From Minisyncoccia bacterium (lineage in GTDB: Bacteria; Patescibacteriota; Minisyncoccia; Phycocordibacterales; UBA9973): a stretch of 64,000 nt of DNA. Location: NCBI GenBank assembly GCA_039809265.1, contig JBDHUR010000002.1, positions 15,461-79,460 of the forward strand, given 5' to 3'. The position numbers and the translations under genes were made by a program. A model generated the notes under the pieces. The model was not told the origin of the DNA, did not search any database, and worked only from the letters and a program-made list of their open reading frames with translations. Below are positions 18,355-27,946 of this stretch, piece after piece (position 1 is the first letter of the stretch; every line of letters begins with the position of its first letter).

Positions 18355-19440
18355 ATGAAAAAATCAGTTGTAAAATTCTTCAATCAGCCGGCAAAAGTCA
18401 TCGGCATATCTGCAGTATTGGCCTTGGCCATAGGCACATATTCGTATATTCACAGTAAAAATGCTTTGGCGGAAGCTTTTGAAAAGTACGGAGTAAAAGA
18501 TATTCCAAGTAACACCGTTTCTCAAACTTCCGGCTCTGTCACGCTTGGCTTTCTTTCTGGGGGACGTATCGCAAGTGTTTCTGTAAAAACGGGGGACACT
18601 GTTTCCGCTGGGCAAGAGCTGGCAACCTTGGATGCTGGCAATGCCCGCGGCGCTCTGACACAGGCAGAGGCAGTTTACCAAGCAGCGCAAGCAAACTATC
18701 AGAAGATCTCAAACGGCGCGACTACACCGCAACTGGACGTCATGCGTTCAGCTGTGGCTTCCGCAGAAGTTGCTCTTTCCGAGTCTACAAAGCAGCAGGA
18801 TACATTGGTGGTAAATGCACGCCGCAACTTCCTCAATGCTGACCTTACTCCTGTACTTGTTTCTGGTGTCAGTGCTTCTGCTCCGATAATTTCGGGCACA
18901 TACTCTGGCACAGACGAAGGTTCGTATGTTGTAACTACTTATGCTACAACAAGCGGCGGGTATTTCTCTTACAGTGGGCTAGAAAATGGAACTGCAGATA
19001 TGAACTATACTCGCGCTGTACCGCTTGGCACCAAGGGTCTTTTTATCCAGTTTTCAAACACAGGCAATGCAAATAGTTTGGGCACGACTTGGTCTGTAAA
19101 CTTGCCAAACAAGGAGTCTGTGAAGTATCTGTCCGCGCTAAACGCTTACAACTCTGCTGTGCAAACACGCGAGCAAGTTATAGCTCAGGCAACAGCAGCG
19201 CTGGACCAAGCCAAAGCCGCGCTGGTTTCTGGCCAGGCTCCCGCTAGAGGTGAGGATTTGTCTGCTGCCTCTGCTCAGGTACAAAATGCTCTCGGTGCTT
19301 TACAGATAGCAAAATCAAACTATGCAAACACAGTCATCGCTGCTCCATTTGCCGGTACTGTTGGAGCGGTATCCATCTCTGAAGGACAGATAGCTGTGCC
19401 AAATGCTCCGGCGATAGAAATTTACACATCTAACAACTAA
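18355..19440 (+). CDS. HlyD/EmrA-type membrane fusion (periplasmic adaptor) protein
   Basis: It has an N-terminal anchor, a lipoyl-like segment (VSVKTGDTVSAGQELATLD) and a coiled-coil region. Confidence 0.7.
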   Translation: MKKSVVKFFNQPAKVIGISAVLALAIGTYSYIHSKNALAEAFEKYGVKDIPSNTVSQTSGSVTLGFLSGGRIASVSVKTGDTVSAGQELATLDAGNARGALTQAEAVYQAAQANYQKISNGATTPQLDVMRSAVASAEVALSESTKQQDTLVVNARRNFLNADLTPVLVSGVSASAPIISGTYSGTDEGSYVVTTYATTSGGYFSYSGLENGTADMNYTRAVPLGTKGLFIQFSNTGNANSLGTTWSVNLPNKESVKYLSALNAYNSAVQTREQVIAQATAALDQAKAALVSGQAPARGEDLSAASAQVQNALGALQIAKSNYANTVIAAPFAGTVGAVSISEGQIAVPNAPAIEIYTSNN

Positions 19441-19445
19441 TAAAT

Positions 19446-20084
19446 ATGAAAGAAGAAAACAAAGAAACAAAATTTAAGAATAAACCCTGGATGCAGAGCC
19501 TGTTTGGTTTCATAGCTGTTGTCGCAGTGCTTGCAGGATTTCTGTTTTGGTCTTCGCACAGCGGCAGAGTAGAAGTAGAAGATGCAGAAATAGATGCGCC
19601 AAAGGTTTCTGTTTCCTCTACAGCTGCAGGAGTTCTGAATGCGCTTTATGTGAAGGAGGGTGACATAGTAAGTCCAAATAGTCAGATAGCGCTTGTCGGC
19701 TCTAATATAGTAGTTACAAAAGAGGGGGGTATTGTCACAAATGTTCCAGACATACTTGGCGGTTACTATGTCCCTGGGCAGAGCGTAGTTTCCGTGGTGG
19801 TGAAAGACAAAATGCGCGTACAAGGCTCTGTGGAAGAGACGAAAGGCTTGAGTGACTTGAAGCAAGGCCAGAAAGTCATCTTTACTGTAGATGCTTTTTC
19901 CGGCAAAAAATATTATGGGATAGTAGACGAAGTTGCAGAAACTTCCAATGACGCAAACTTGGCTTACTCTATCTCTGACAAGCGTCCAGTTAAAAGGTTC
20001 TATGTGTATGTGCGTTTCAACACCGAGCAGTACCCAGAGTTGAAGGATGGCATGTCTGCAAAGATTACCATAATTACAAAATAG
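19446..20084 (+). CDS. Short HlyD-family secretion protein (second adaptor)
   Basis: It has an N-terminal TM and the beta-barrel/lipoyl-like motifs GVLNALYVKEGDIVSPNSQIALV. Confidence 0.6.
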   Translation: MKEENKETKFKNKPWMQSLFGFIAVVAVLAGFLFWSSHSGRVEVEDAEIDAPKVSVSSTAAGVLNALYVKEGDIVSPNSQIALVGSNIVVTKEGGIVTNVPDILGGYYVPGQSVVSVVVKDKMRVQGSVEETKGLSDLKQGQKVIFTVDAFSGKKYYGIVDEVAETSNDANLAYSISDKRPVKRFYVYVRFNTEQYPELKDGMSAKITIITK

Positions 20085-20085
20085 C

Positions 20086-21564
20086 ATGGAAAATAAATCC
20101 GGCTCCAATAACTTGCGCTGGATGATATTGCTCACTGTTATTGTGGGCACGTTTTTGGGGCGCTTGGATCAGACTATCGTCAACCTTGCATTACCTAAAA
20201 TCATAAATGAATTTGACATCACTGTTTCTGCTGCTGGCTGGATAGCGACAGCATACATACTTGCCAATGCTATCTTTGTGCCTATATGGGGAAAGCTCGG
20301 AGACACTTGGGGCAGGAAGCGCGTTTATATTCTAGGTTTTTCTTTGTTTATAGTTGGCTCAGTTCTTGCCGGTCTTGCATGGAATTTATCTTCAATGATA
20401 GTTTTCCGTGTTATTCAAGCCATAGCTGGCTCTGCAGACTACCCGACAGCGATGGCTATTATTGCCGTGACTTTTAAGGAGGGCAAAGAGCGCGCGCAAG
20501 CTCTTGGTATATGGTCTTCATCTTTCGCAGCGGCATCTGTTTTTGGACCGCTTCTCGGTGGGCCACTTATAGATATTTTCGGCTGGAGGTCTGTTTTTTT
20601 GGTTAACTTGCCTATAGGATTGCTTGGAGTTTACATGGCAATGCGATATATAAATGAGTCCAAGTCCGAGCAAAAGATAAAATTCTTTGACTGGTGGGGC
20701 GCGATAACTTTAGGCGGCGCGTTGTCGGCTTTGGTGCTTGTTTTGGATAAAGGTGCAGACTGGGGGTGGACTTCGGTAACGGCTATCATTTGTTATTTTG
20801 TCACGCTTTTGCTTTTTTATATATTTGTAAAAGTAGAGCATAAAGCACCAGAGCCGCTTGTAGATTTGCGGTTTTTCAAGATACCGGCTTTTGTCAATAC
20901 GCTCGGAAATAACTTTGTTGTATTCATGGGTATGATGGGCGGACTTTTTCTTATACCGGTTTTTGCTCAGACATTCCTTGGCTACAATGCTACAGAGTCC
21001 GGATACTTGTTCATGCCAATGGCTGCTGCGCTTATGCTTGCATCTCCGATAGGCGGTTCATTGACGGGTAAAGTTCAGCCGCGCTACGTTATATTTACAA
21101 GTACTTTGGTGTCTGCTATAGGGATTTTTATGTTTTCATTCCTAGACCCAAAGTCTACCGCGCTTGATATCATCATACCTCTTTCTATCATGGCATTTGG
21201 TTTAGGTTTTGGCATGGCGCAGCGTACAAATATAATTGCGTCTGTTGTTGACCCAAGTGAAATAGGTGTCTCATCTTCCATTTTGGCGCTTGCAAGAAAT
21301 GTTGCGGGAGCTTTCGGTATTGCGATTTTTGGTACTTTGTTGAAGAACAGAGTAACTACAAATATTACTAATATTGCTGACCATAGTTTACTAAATGATC
21401 CAGGTCAGGCAGGTACATACTTGTCTTTGGTTTCTTTGAAAGCACAGATATTGGCATATGATTATGTTTTTGTCATCGCATCCATCTTTGTAGCAGTCGG
21501 TGCTTTTGCCGTGCTGTACTTAAAAGTGAAAGAAAAAGTCGGCGTAACAGTTCATGTAGAATAA
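20086..21564 (+). CDS. MFS transporter, DHA2 (EmrB/QacA-like, 14-TMS) drug:H+ antiporter
   Basis: It has MFS motif A (GKLGDTWGRKRV) and about 14 hydrophobic segments, and follows the two adaptors. Confidence 0.85.
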   Translation: MENKSGSNNLRWMILLTVIVGTFLGRLDQTIVNLALPKIINEFDITVSAAGWIATAYILANAIFVPIWGKLGDTWGRKRVYILGFSLFIVGSVLAGLAWNLSSMIVFRVIQAIAGSADYPTAMAIIAVTFKEGKERAQALGIWSSSFAAASVFGPLLGGPLIDIFGWRSVFLVNLPIGLLGVYMAMRYINESKSEQKIKFFDWWGAITLGGALSALVLVLDKGADWGWTSVTAIICYFVTLLLFYIFVKVEHKAPEPLVDLRFFKIPAFVNTLGNNFVVFMGMMGGLFLIPVFAQTFLGYNATESGYLFMPMAAALMLASPIGGSLTGKVQPRYVIFTSTLVSAIGIFMFSFLDPKSTALDIIIPLSIMAFGLGFGMAQRTNIIASVVDPSEIGVSSSILALARNVAGAFGIAIFGTLLKNRVTTNITNIADHSLLNDPGQAGTYLSLVSLKAQILAYDYVFVIASIFVAVGAFAVLYLKVKEKVGVTVHVE

Positions 21565-21626
21565 TTAATATCAATTGTTTTTTATGTTATAATAGCAAGG
21601 TTGTTAGTTTAATTTATTGAAATCTT

Positions 21627-22322
21627 ATGAAATTCAATTTTAGCGTTTCGGAACATATTAAAAAATCTTGGCCACTGTATAGCAAAAACTTCGGTGCCAT
21701 GGTGCTCTTTGGGCTAGTCTATTTTGTAGCACAATACATGATGCAGAAAGAAGGCAGCTTCGTCGTACTCATGCTTGCGATAGTCGCTAGTTTAGTGCTG
21801 AGCTACACATGGATCAAATCATTACTCGCACTTATAGGCGGGCACGAGTTTAGGCCTTTCAGTAAAACTATGTTACCAAGGCTGCCAGAGCTGTGGAACT
21901 ATGCCAAGACCATGATTTTGACTAGCTTCTTTACGCTAGTTGGGCTTATTCTTCTCGTAATTCCTGGTATATATGTTGCTGGACGCTTGGTATTTGCTCC
22001 TTACATTGCTGTATCAAAAGGTTATGGTGCGCGGAAGTCTGTCAGAGAGTCTTGGGAGATGACACATGGACACGGCTGGGTGCTTGTTTGGAAAACTATC
22101 TTGATAGGTCTGTTTGGCTGCATAGGCATTATTGCTTTTGGCATCGGTATTTTGTTCACTGGTCCTATGTCATATATAGTCAAGGCTATGCTTTACAAAG
22201 AGTTTGCAAAATTTTCAGATAAAGAAAATGCTGATGCAACTACAAGCGGTGACGCAGACGCGAAAGAGGAAGTTGTTGTAGAAGAGGAAGTGGTAGAAGT
22301 TATCGCTGAAAAAGTTTCTTAA
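21627..22322 (+). CDS. Hypothetical polytopic membrane protein with an acidic C-terminal tail
   Basis: It has 4-5 TM segments, and the C-terminus is EEVVVEEEVVEV. Confidence 0.5.
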   Translation: MKFNFSVSEHIKKSWPLYSKNFGAMVLFGLVYFVAQYMMQKEGSFVVLMLAIVASLVLSYTWIKSLLALIGGHEFRPFSKTMLPRLPELWNYAKTMILTSFFTLVGLILLVIPGIYVAGRLVFAPYIAVSKGYGARKSVRESWEMTHGHGWVLVWKTILIGLFGCIGIIAFGIGILFTGPMSYIVKAMLYKEFAKFSDKENADATTSGDADAKEEVVVEEEVVEVIAEKVS

Positions 22323-22323
22323 C

Positions 22324-23094
22324 ATGAAGCACAAGAAAAAGCCGGAGAAGAAAGTCTATATTTACGGAAAGCACGCTGTTTCCGAGGCTCTTCGTCATGC
22401 ACCAAAGTCTTTGCGCAAGATATATCTTTCTCCTAGACAAGAAGACCCAAAACTCCGAGTTTTGATTGCAAAGTCTGGAATACCTGTAGCTCCGCTAGAT
22501 AAGGACAAAATGCAGTCTATAGATGGCGGTAGCACACACCAAGGTGTTATCGGTGTGGTAGCTATGGATCAGATGATCATATCACTTAAAGATTTTTTGA
22601 AAGAATTGAAGGTAACAAACGATACTTGTCTCATACTTATGTCCGAACTTCAAGATCCGCACAATGTCGGTGCTGTCATTAGAAGCTCTGCGGCTTTTGG
22701 ATTGGCTGGAGTACTAATGCCGGAGCATAAGCAATCTCCTATAACTGGGGCTGTAGTAAAGGTGTCTGCTGGGATGGCTTTCCGTATACCGCTTGTAAAG
22801 ATAGGCAATATAAACCAGTCTGTGCGAGAGCTTAAAGACGCTGGATTTAGAATATATGGTCTGGAAGGGGAAGGTGGTGAGCCATTACCTGCACAGAATT
22901 TTTCTGAGCCAACTGTTTTTATTATCGGTAATGAAGGAGAAGGAATAAGACAGAAAACAAAAGAGCTTTGTGACAAGCTTGTAGCTATACCTATACACCC
23001 AAGGTGTGAATCATTAAATGCTTCCAATGCAACAGCTGTGGCTTTGTATGCATGGAGCACAAAGCACCCAGGCGCAATACCCACAAAGAAGTAG
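22324..23094 (+). CDS. SpoU/TrmH-family RNA 2'-O-methyltransferase (RlmB-like)
   Basis: It has a SPOUT fold with the motifs LQDPHNVGAVIRS, IYGLEGEG and the C-terminal ESLNASNATAVAL. Confidence 0.85.
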   Translation: MKHKKKPEKKVYIYGKHAVSEALRHAPKSLRKIYLSPRQEDPKLRVLIAKSGIPVAPLDKDKMQSIDGGSTHQGVIGVVAMDQMIISLKDFLKELKVTNDTCLILMSELQDPHNVGAVIRSSAAFGLAGVLMPEHKQSPITGAVVKVSAGMAFRIPLVKIGNINQSVRELKDAGFRIYGLEGEGGEPLPAQNFSEPTVFIIGNEGEGIRQKTKELCDKLVAIPIHPRCESLNASNATAVALYAWSTKHPGAIPTKK

Positions 23095-23164
23095 TTGACA
23101 AACTTATGTATTTGTGATAAACTCCTGAAAAGTAGATAAATTAAACATTCAAAATTAAATAAAA

Positions 23165-23632
23165 ATGAGAAAAGTTATCATCATGGCGTTAGTCGCCATC
23201 GCTCCTGTAATGACTGCTTGGAGTCAGCAAGTTATTTTTGATAAAATGCTCGAGGCAAGGCTGAGTTTAAACAAAAATCCGGCTTCAGAGTATAGTGTGC
23301 CATTACAATTATCTAGAGAATTTATACCTGCTGTTGCCATAAGTCGTGTGCCCCCGGGACATTGGCAATATGTTTACTCTTCACTTTCAAACGAGAAAGG
23401 TATTTTAAGCGCTGAACTTCAAAACGTAATAGAAGATCAAGCAAGAAATGGATTGCTTAGCGAATATGGAAACTTGTTTGCTGTGAATGATTCTTTGGTT
23501 AAAGAGGACAAGGTGGGATACTTTGTATTTGTAAGCAGAGAAAATAATGCAGACAAATGGTTTGCTGCCCAAGTTAAATTTGGTGACAACGTTAAACCAC
23601 TTTTAGGTGCTGTTATTTATACTCGGAGGTGA
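23165..23632 (+). CDS. Hypothetical secreted protein
   Basis: It is 155 aa with an N-terminal signal-like sequence. Confidence 0.45.
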   Translation: MRKVIIMALVAIAPVMTAWSQQVIFDKMLEARLSLNKNPASEYSVPLQLSREFIPAVAISRVPPGHWQYVYSSLSNEKGILSAELQNVIEDQARNGLLSEYGNLFAVNDSLVKEDKVGYFVFVSRENNADKWFAAQVKFGDNVKPLLGAVIYTRR

Positions 23633-23650
23633 TCTCGGTTCTAAAATTAA

Positions 23651-23681
23651 AAAACCCTACGTTTGTTGCGTAGGGTTTTTA
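23651..23681. terminator. Bidirectional intrinsic terminator between convergent genes
   Basis: aaaaccctacg tttgttg cgtagggtttt. Confidence 0.65.
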
Positions 23682-23689
23682 GATGTTTA

Positions 23690-24136
23690 TTATATCCAAA
23701 CTTCAAAACAAAACCATCCAAATACTGGGTCACCACCAAAACTGTTTCCAGTAGTTCCTGGTGGGTAACTACCACCAGCGTACCAGTTACCAAAGGTAGA
23801 AAAATAACATGTATCAGCAACATGAACTGGTTTTTCGTTGCTTTGATTATTTTGATTTGCAATTATAGCTTCACTTAAACTGCCATATTTTTTGATTCCA
23901 ATGGAAGAGAATATTTTTACTAAGTCTTCCGAGTTTTTCATTGGCTGGACATTTGCTACTGTTTTTATTCCAGTTTTTGCAAACTCATTATTTATATATT
24001 CGTTAAGTTTATTTGACACACCATTTTCACTTGTTCCAGCTTTTATGCTCGCTGCGTCTTGCTGTGTCCCACTTTTATTGAAAGTGAAAAAACCTAAAAC
24101 AGCTATTATTGCTAATAAAAGCACAATTATGATCAA
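23690..24136 (-). CDS. Hypothetical membrane-anchored protein
   Basis: It is a 148-aa ORF with a confirmed ATG and the N-terminal TM IIIVLLLAIIAVLGFF. Confidence 0.45.
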   Translation of the reverse strand: MIIIVLLLAIIAVLGFFTFNKSGTQQDAASIKAGTSENGVSNKLNEYINNEFAKTGIKTVANVQPMKNSEDLVKIFSSIGIKKYGSLSEAIIANQNNQSNEKPVHVADTCYFSTFGNWYAGGSYPPGTTGNSFGGDPVFGWFCFEVWI

Positions 24137-24831
24137 TGTAGAGTTATTTTTTTTGCATAATTTTAATAATAAATTGATAATCTTCTAATAATTAAAACCA
24201 CTCGCATTATATCTTTTTAGTGCCTATGATGTAAGTGGATATCTTTTAAGTATTTTACGGGGCAGGAATTATTATTTTTTACATTTTTACCTATCAGTAT
24301 GTGTAGCTAGAAGTGTGATTGTGGGCACAGCAAGTATAAATGGTGAAGAATTATTCAAAATCCTTAAAAAAAGAACAAGTATAACCAGCGCTAATTCACC
24401 AACTAGATTTACCAATCCACGCAAGTCTAGCTAGTATTTTGTATACTTATTTTTTATGCAGGATTTAAAAATTCAAGCGAATGTATAGTAATCTCGACAA
24501 ACTTTTTAGATATTTATTTGGTTTTAGTTAGTACATCTTTTATAGATTTATTTTTAAAATTTTCTATGTCTTTGCATGTTGTGCATGCTATGTGATGACG
24601 GTATGGAAACTTGGAGTACTAGTACTTAGCACGCTCGCTGTATAACATTTCTTTGTTTTATAAATATAAACATTTCGTACGTAGTAAATCAGAATTTTCG
24701 TTTTTAAGCATAAATATTGATAATATGTTGATAACTTAATGAAATAAAATTGGTTACTTATTCGTGTGGTTTTCTCTATCATTGTTTTTTATTTAAATAA
24801 AAAGGATATTTGGGTAGGGAGGTTAACTTGC

Positions 24832-24859
24832 TTGACAAATCTTTTAAAAAGTGTATGAT
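24832..24859 (+). promoter_or_regulatory. Strong sigma70-like promoter (TTGACA-16-TATGAT) upstream of the 978-aa surface protein gene
   Basis: TTGACA is at 24832-24837 and TATGAT at 24854-24859, about 80 nt upstream of the ATG at 24940. Confidence 0.45.
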
Positions 24860-24939
24860 ACGAAGATTATTAAGAATAGTGTCGAATTATTGGTACAATC
24901 AATTTGTAGATTACAAGTTTAGTATAAAAATTAAGGCTT

Positions 24940-27876
24940 ATGTATACTTTTTTTACAGCTCGCAAGAATATTTTTTCAAAGTTTCTTGGCGTGCTCATGA
25001 TAGTTGCAGTTATATTCCCGACATCAGCTGTTGCTCCGCGTGCTTTCGCTGAAGGCGAGCCGGTAGTAGACACAGCTGTAAGCGTGGAAGTGCTTCCTGT
25101 AGGTCAGCCTGAGAAGCCAACTGAAGAAGTTGCTCCGGCGCAGACTAAAGATGAAGTTCTGGTCGAAGATAATAATAAAGAAGAAACCCTAGGCGACAAA
25201 GCCGTTGACGAAAACGGAAAGCCTGTGATGGGTTATTATGTTGCTATTCCAGAGCTTACTGCAGTTAGTCAAGAAGTTCTAGGCGCCTCGGTATCCGGTG
25301 TTGATATGGGTGAGGCGGAGCAATGCCCAGCAGAGACTTTGACTATCCAAAGCGATGGCTCAGAGACTTACGGAGGCGGTTCGAACAATGCTGTAGCTAC
25401 TTGGGTGCACCCAAACTGGATTACTATTCCAGGGGCTCAGTGGATATGGGACTCTTTTAACGTATCAGACCCAACCAACGACCAAACTCAAACTTTTGAG
25501 AGGAATTTTGTAATTCCTGGCGTGGCACAAGCAGCTACACTTCAGATAGCTAGCGACAACTCTTACAAAGTGAGCGTAAATTCAAATACAGATGTATTTT
25601 CCGATGCCTTGGAAGATAACTACTCTGCAGTAGATACTTACGCTGGTGATATCTCAAACGCCGGCACGGACCTTGTGGACTACCTAAATGAAGGCGGCAA
25701 TACGCTAAACTTTGAAGTTAAGAACTGGGCGCAAGCAGGTGCAAGTGCTGAATCAAATCCAGCAGGTCTTACATACCAGCTCGATGTTACTTACATCCCG
25801 ACTGACTGTAAGGGTAATGGAAAGGATGAAGGTACTATCACTGTTACAAAGGTTGTTGCAAACAGCAATGAACCTGTTTCCAGCTTCCCATTGTTCGTAA
25901 GTGGAACTCCGGTTGTATCTGGTATTCCTGCTACTTTTGATGCGGGGGTATATACGGTCACAGAAACAAATCTTCCAAACTTCATAGCTTCTTTCTCTGG
26001 TGCATGTAACGCGAATGGAGAAATTACGCTAAACAAAGATCAGGATCTAAATTGTACTGTTACAAATACTTATGTTCCTCCGGCAACTCCTGCCTACTGC
26101 GGCGACAACATTGTAAACCAGCCATGGGAACAGTGTGATGGTTCAGCAAGCTGTACAGCACAATGTCAGTTTGAGGGGCAGTGCGTAGATAAAGCTTTTG
26201 CTAAAGTCACTATTGATAATGTGGCAAACCTAGGAGGAGCTTCAGGTATGACACCAGACGTATATGTTGGTGGAAGTTCTGTTGCAAACAAAATTCCTTC
26301 TGGAACATGGTTCCTTATCCATGATGGTGTAAACCCGATAGTAGACACTTCTGCTGTTTCCCCAGATCAGTCAACTGGTTACATAAATGTTCCCGGACTC
26401 GCTGTAGAGCGCCGAAATGGTGAAGTATTCCTTGGTATATATGGAGGATACGCAAGTAGCAGTGCAAAGGAGCATGTAGATGGAAAGCTTGAATTCTTTA
26501 ATACTTCTGCTACTGGTCAAACTACAGGTACTAATAATCCTAAAGTAGAAGGTGCCTTTAACGGCACAGGATTTGGCGGTTATGCTGACACTAACGATGA
26601 AGTTCGTTTGAACGGAGGAGTATCAGAGTTCTCTATGACAACAAATCACAACTCTGACGGGTTTGAAACTCAGTATGCTCCAGTCGCGGGACAGTGTGCA
26701 GAGATAACTGTTGTAAAGCATGTTGTAAACGATAGCGATAACGGTTCCAAGGTTGCTAGCGACTTTACTATGCACCTTGACTCTGCTTCTGGTCCATATA
26801 CATTTGCTGGATCAGAAACAGGTACTACTTACTCTGTGAATGCAGGTGCTTACTCTGTGTCAGAATCTTCTGATTTCGGTGGATACACAGGCTCTATGAG
26901 TTCAGACTGTTCTGGAACTTTGGCTGTAGGCGAAAGCAAGACTTGTACTGTGACCAACGATGATTCTCACTACAGTGCCTACTGCGGCGACAACATTGTA
27001 AACCAGCCATGGGAACAGTGTGATGGTTCAGCAAGCTGTACAGCACAATGTCAGTTTGAGGGGCAGTGTACCGAAAAAGCATTCGCTCGTGTAAATGTTA
27101 CAAATGTTACGGATACAAATACTGTAGGCACACTTACTTCTGATATCTTTGTTGGTGGTACAAATTCAAATGCACTTGTGATTCCACAAGGAGCATGGTT
27201 CATGATATTTGATGGCACAAACACTTTAATAGACAACAGAACTAATGGCAGTGGATACTTCAATGTTCCAGGTATTGCTGTGCAGCGTATAAAAGCTGGC
27301 GGTGCACGTCTTTTGACAGGTATATTTGGACAAAACAATGAAAGTAATAACAATATTAAACACGCAGAAGGTAACATAGAATTCTTCAATACTTCTGCTG
27401 CGTCTATTACAGATGGTCCTGGCTCCATGCATCTCGAGAACGGTTTTGACACTTCTGGTTTTGGTGGTTTGAATCATGCAGACGATGAAGTATATCTAAA
27501 CTCTGGGGTGTCTTACTTCTCTTTGGGGACAAGCTCACAGGGCGATGCTTTTGCTACATATTATGCAAAACCACAGTCTTGTTCTGACGATGATGGTGGT
27601 GATAATGGATCAGGCACAAATGGTGCTGGCGGCTCAGGTTCTGGAGGTACTGGGGGCGGAGGTGCTGTTATATTGCCTTCCGATACTTCTAGTCCTACAG
27701 TTCTTGGTGCAAGCATCGCGGATCCAATAGATGGCGCAGGTGGCGCAGGCGAGACAGGCCAAGTACTTGGCGAATCTCTAGCACAGACAGGTGTTCCGCT
27801 TTCTTTCCCGATGATTCTTTCCGTATTCCTTGCTATTGCGACTATTGTAGTAACTAGGAAGGAAAAGTTTATCTAA
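24940..27876 (+). CDS. Large cell-surface protein with two tandem ~295-aa Cys-rich domains and a C-terminal LAQTG sortase sorting signal
   Basis: It has a signal peptide and a duplicated module, each beginning SAYCGDNIVNQPWEQCDGSASCTAQCQFEGQC. A Gly-rich linker follows. The C-terminus is LAQTG + hydrophobic stretch + RKEK. Confidence 0.75.
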   Translation: MYTFFTARKNIFSKFLGVLMIVAVIFPTSAVAPRAFAEGEPVVDTAVSVEVLPVGQPEKPTEEVAPAQTKDEVLVEDNNKEETLGDKAVDENGKPVMGYYVAIPELTAVSQEVLGASVSGVDMGEAEQCPAETLTIQSDGSETYGGGSNNAVATWVHPNWITIPGAQWIWDSFNVSDPTNDQTQTFERNFVIPGVAQAATLQIASDNSYKVSVNSNTDVFSDALEDNYSAVDTYAGDISNAGTDLVDYLNEGGNTLNFEVKNWAQAGASAESNPAGLTYQLDVTYIPTDCKGNGKDEGTITVTKVVANSNEPVSSFPLFVSGTPVVSGIPATFDAGVYTVTETNLPNFIASFSGACNANGEITLNKDQDLNCTVTNTYVPPATPAYCGDNIVNQPWEQCDGSASCTAQCQFEGQCVDKAFAKVTIDNVANLGGASGMTPDVYVGGSSVANKIPSGTWFLIHDGVNPIVDTSAVSPDQSTGYINVPGLAVERRNGEVFLGIYGGYASSSAKEHVDGKLEFFNTSATGQTTGTNNPKVEGAFNGTGFGGYADTNDEVRLNGGVSEFSMTTNHNSDGFETQYAPVAGQCAEITVVKHVVNDSDNGSKVASDFTMHLDSASGPYTFAGSETGTTYSVNAGAYSVSESSDFGGYTGSMSSDCSGTLAVGESKTCTVTNDDSHYSAYCGDNIVNQPWEQCDGSASCTAQCQFEGQCTEKAFARVNVTNVTDTNTVGTLTSDIFVGGTNSNALVIPQGAWFMIFDGTNTLIDNRTNGSGYFNVPGIAVQRIKAGGARLLTGIFGQNNESNNNIKHAEGNIEFFNTSAASITDGPGSMHLENGFDTSGFGGLNHADDEVYLNSGVSYFSLGTSSQGDAFATYYAKPQSCSDDDGGDNGSGTNGAGGSGSGGTGGGGAVILPSDTSSPTVLGASIADPIDGAGGAGETGQVLGESLAQTGVPLSFPMILSVFLAIATIVVTRKEKFI

Positions 27877-27896
27877 ATTTGTAAAAATGCAAATTC

Positions 27897-27924
27897 AAAA
27901 ACGAGCCGCTAGGCTCGTTTTTGT
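27897..27924 (+). terminator. Intrinsic terminator after the surface protein gene
   Basis: aaaaacgagccgc tag gctcgttttt; a TGtTATAAT box precedes the sortase ATG. Confidence 0.65.
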
Positions 27925-27946
27925 TTTGGTTGTATAATATTCAAGT

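Noticed and set aside
19437-20150. A 237-aa ORF on the - strand, and many other antisense ORFs in the track. Examples are 52128..52856 inside uvrB, 27051..27452, 61308..61760, 53390..53614 and 43869..44420.
   Set aside because: Each lies entirely antisense to a gene with strong family-specific motifs (HlyD adaptor, uvrB, the surface protein, the DUF11 giant protein, uvrA, tsf). Their translations are low-complexity with no motifs. They are treated as shadow ORFs.
24810-25052. An 80-aa + strand ORF overlapping the promoter and start of the surface-protein gene.
   Set aside because: It covers the TTGACA-16-TATGAT promoter and is out of frame with the signal-peptide-bearing ORF that begins at 24940. 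There is no sequence support for it.
26091-27068. Considered whether the internal repeat is a DGR variable/template repeat pair.
   Set aside because: The two copies are identical rather than differing at adenines. No reverse transcriptase or accessory gene is nearby. It is a coding-domain duplication.
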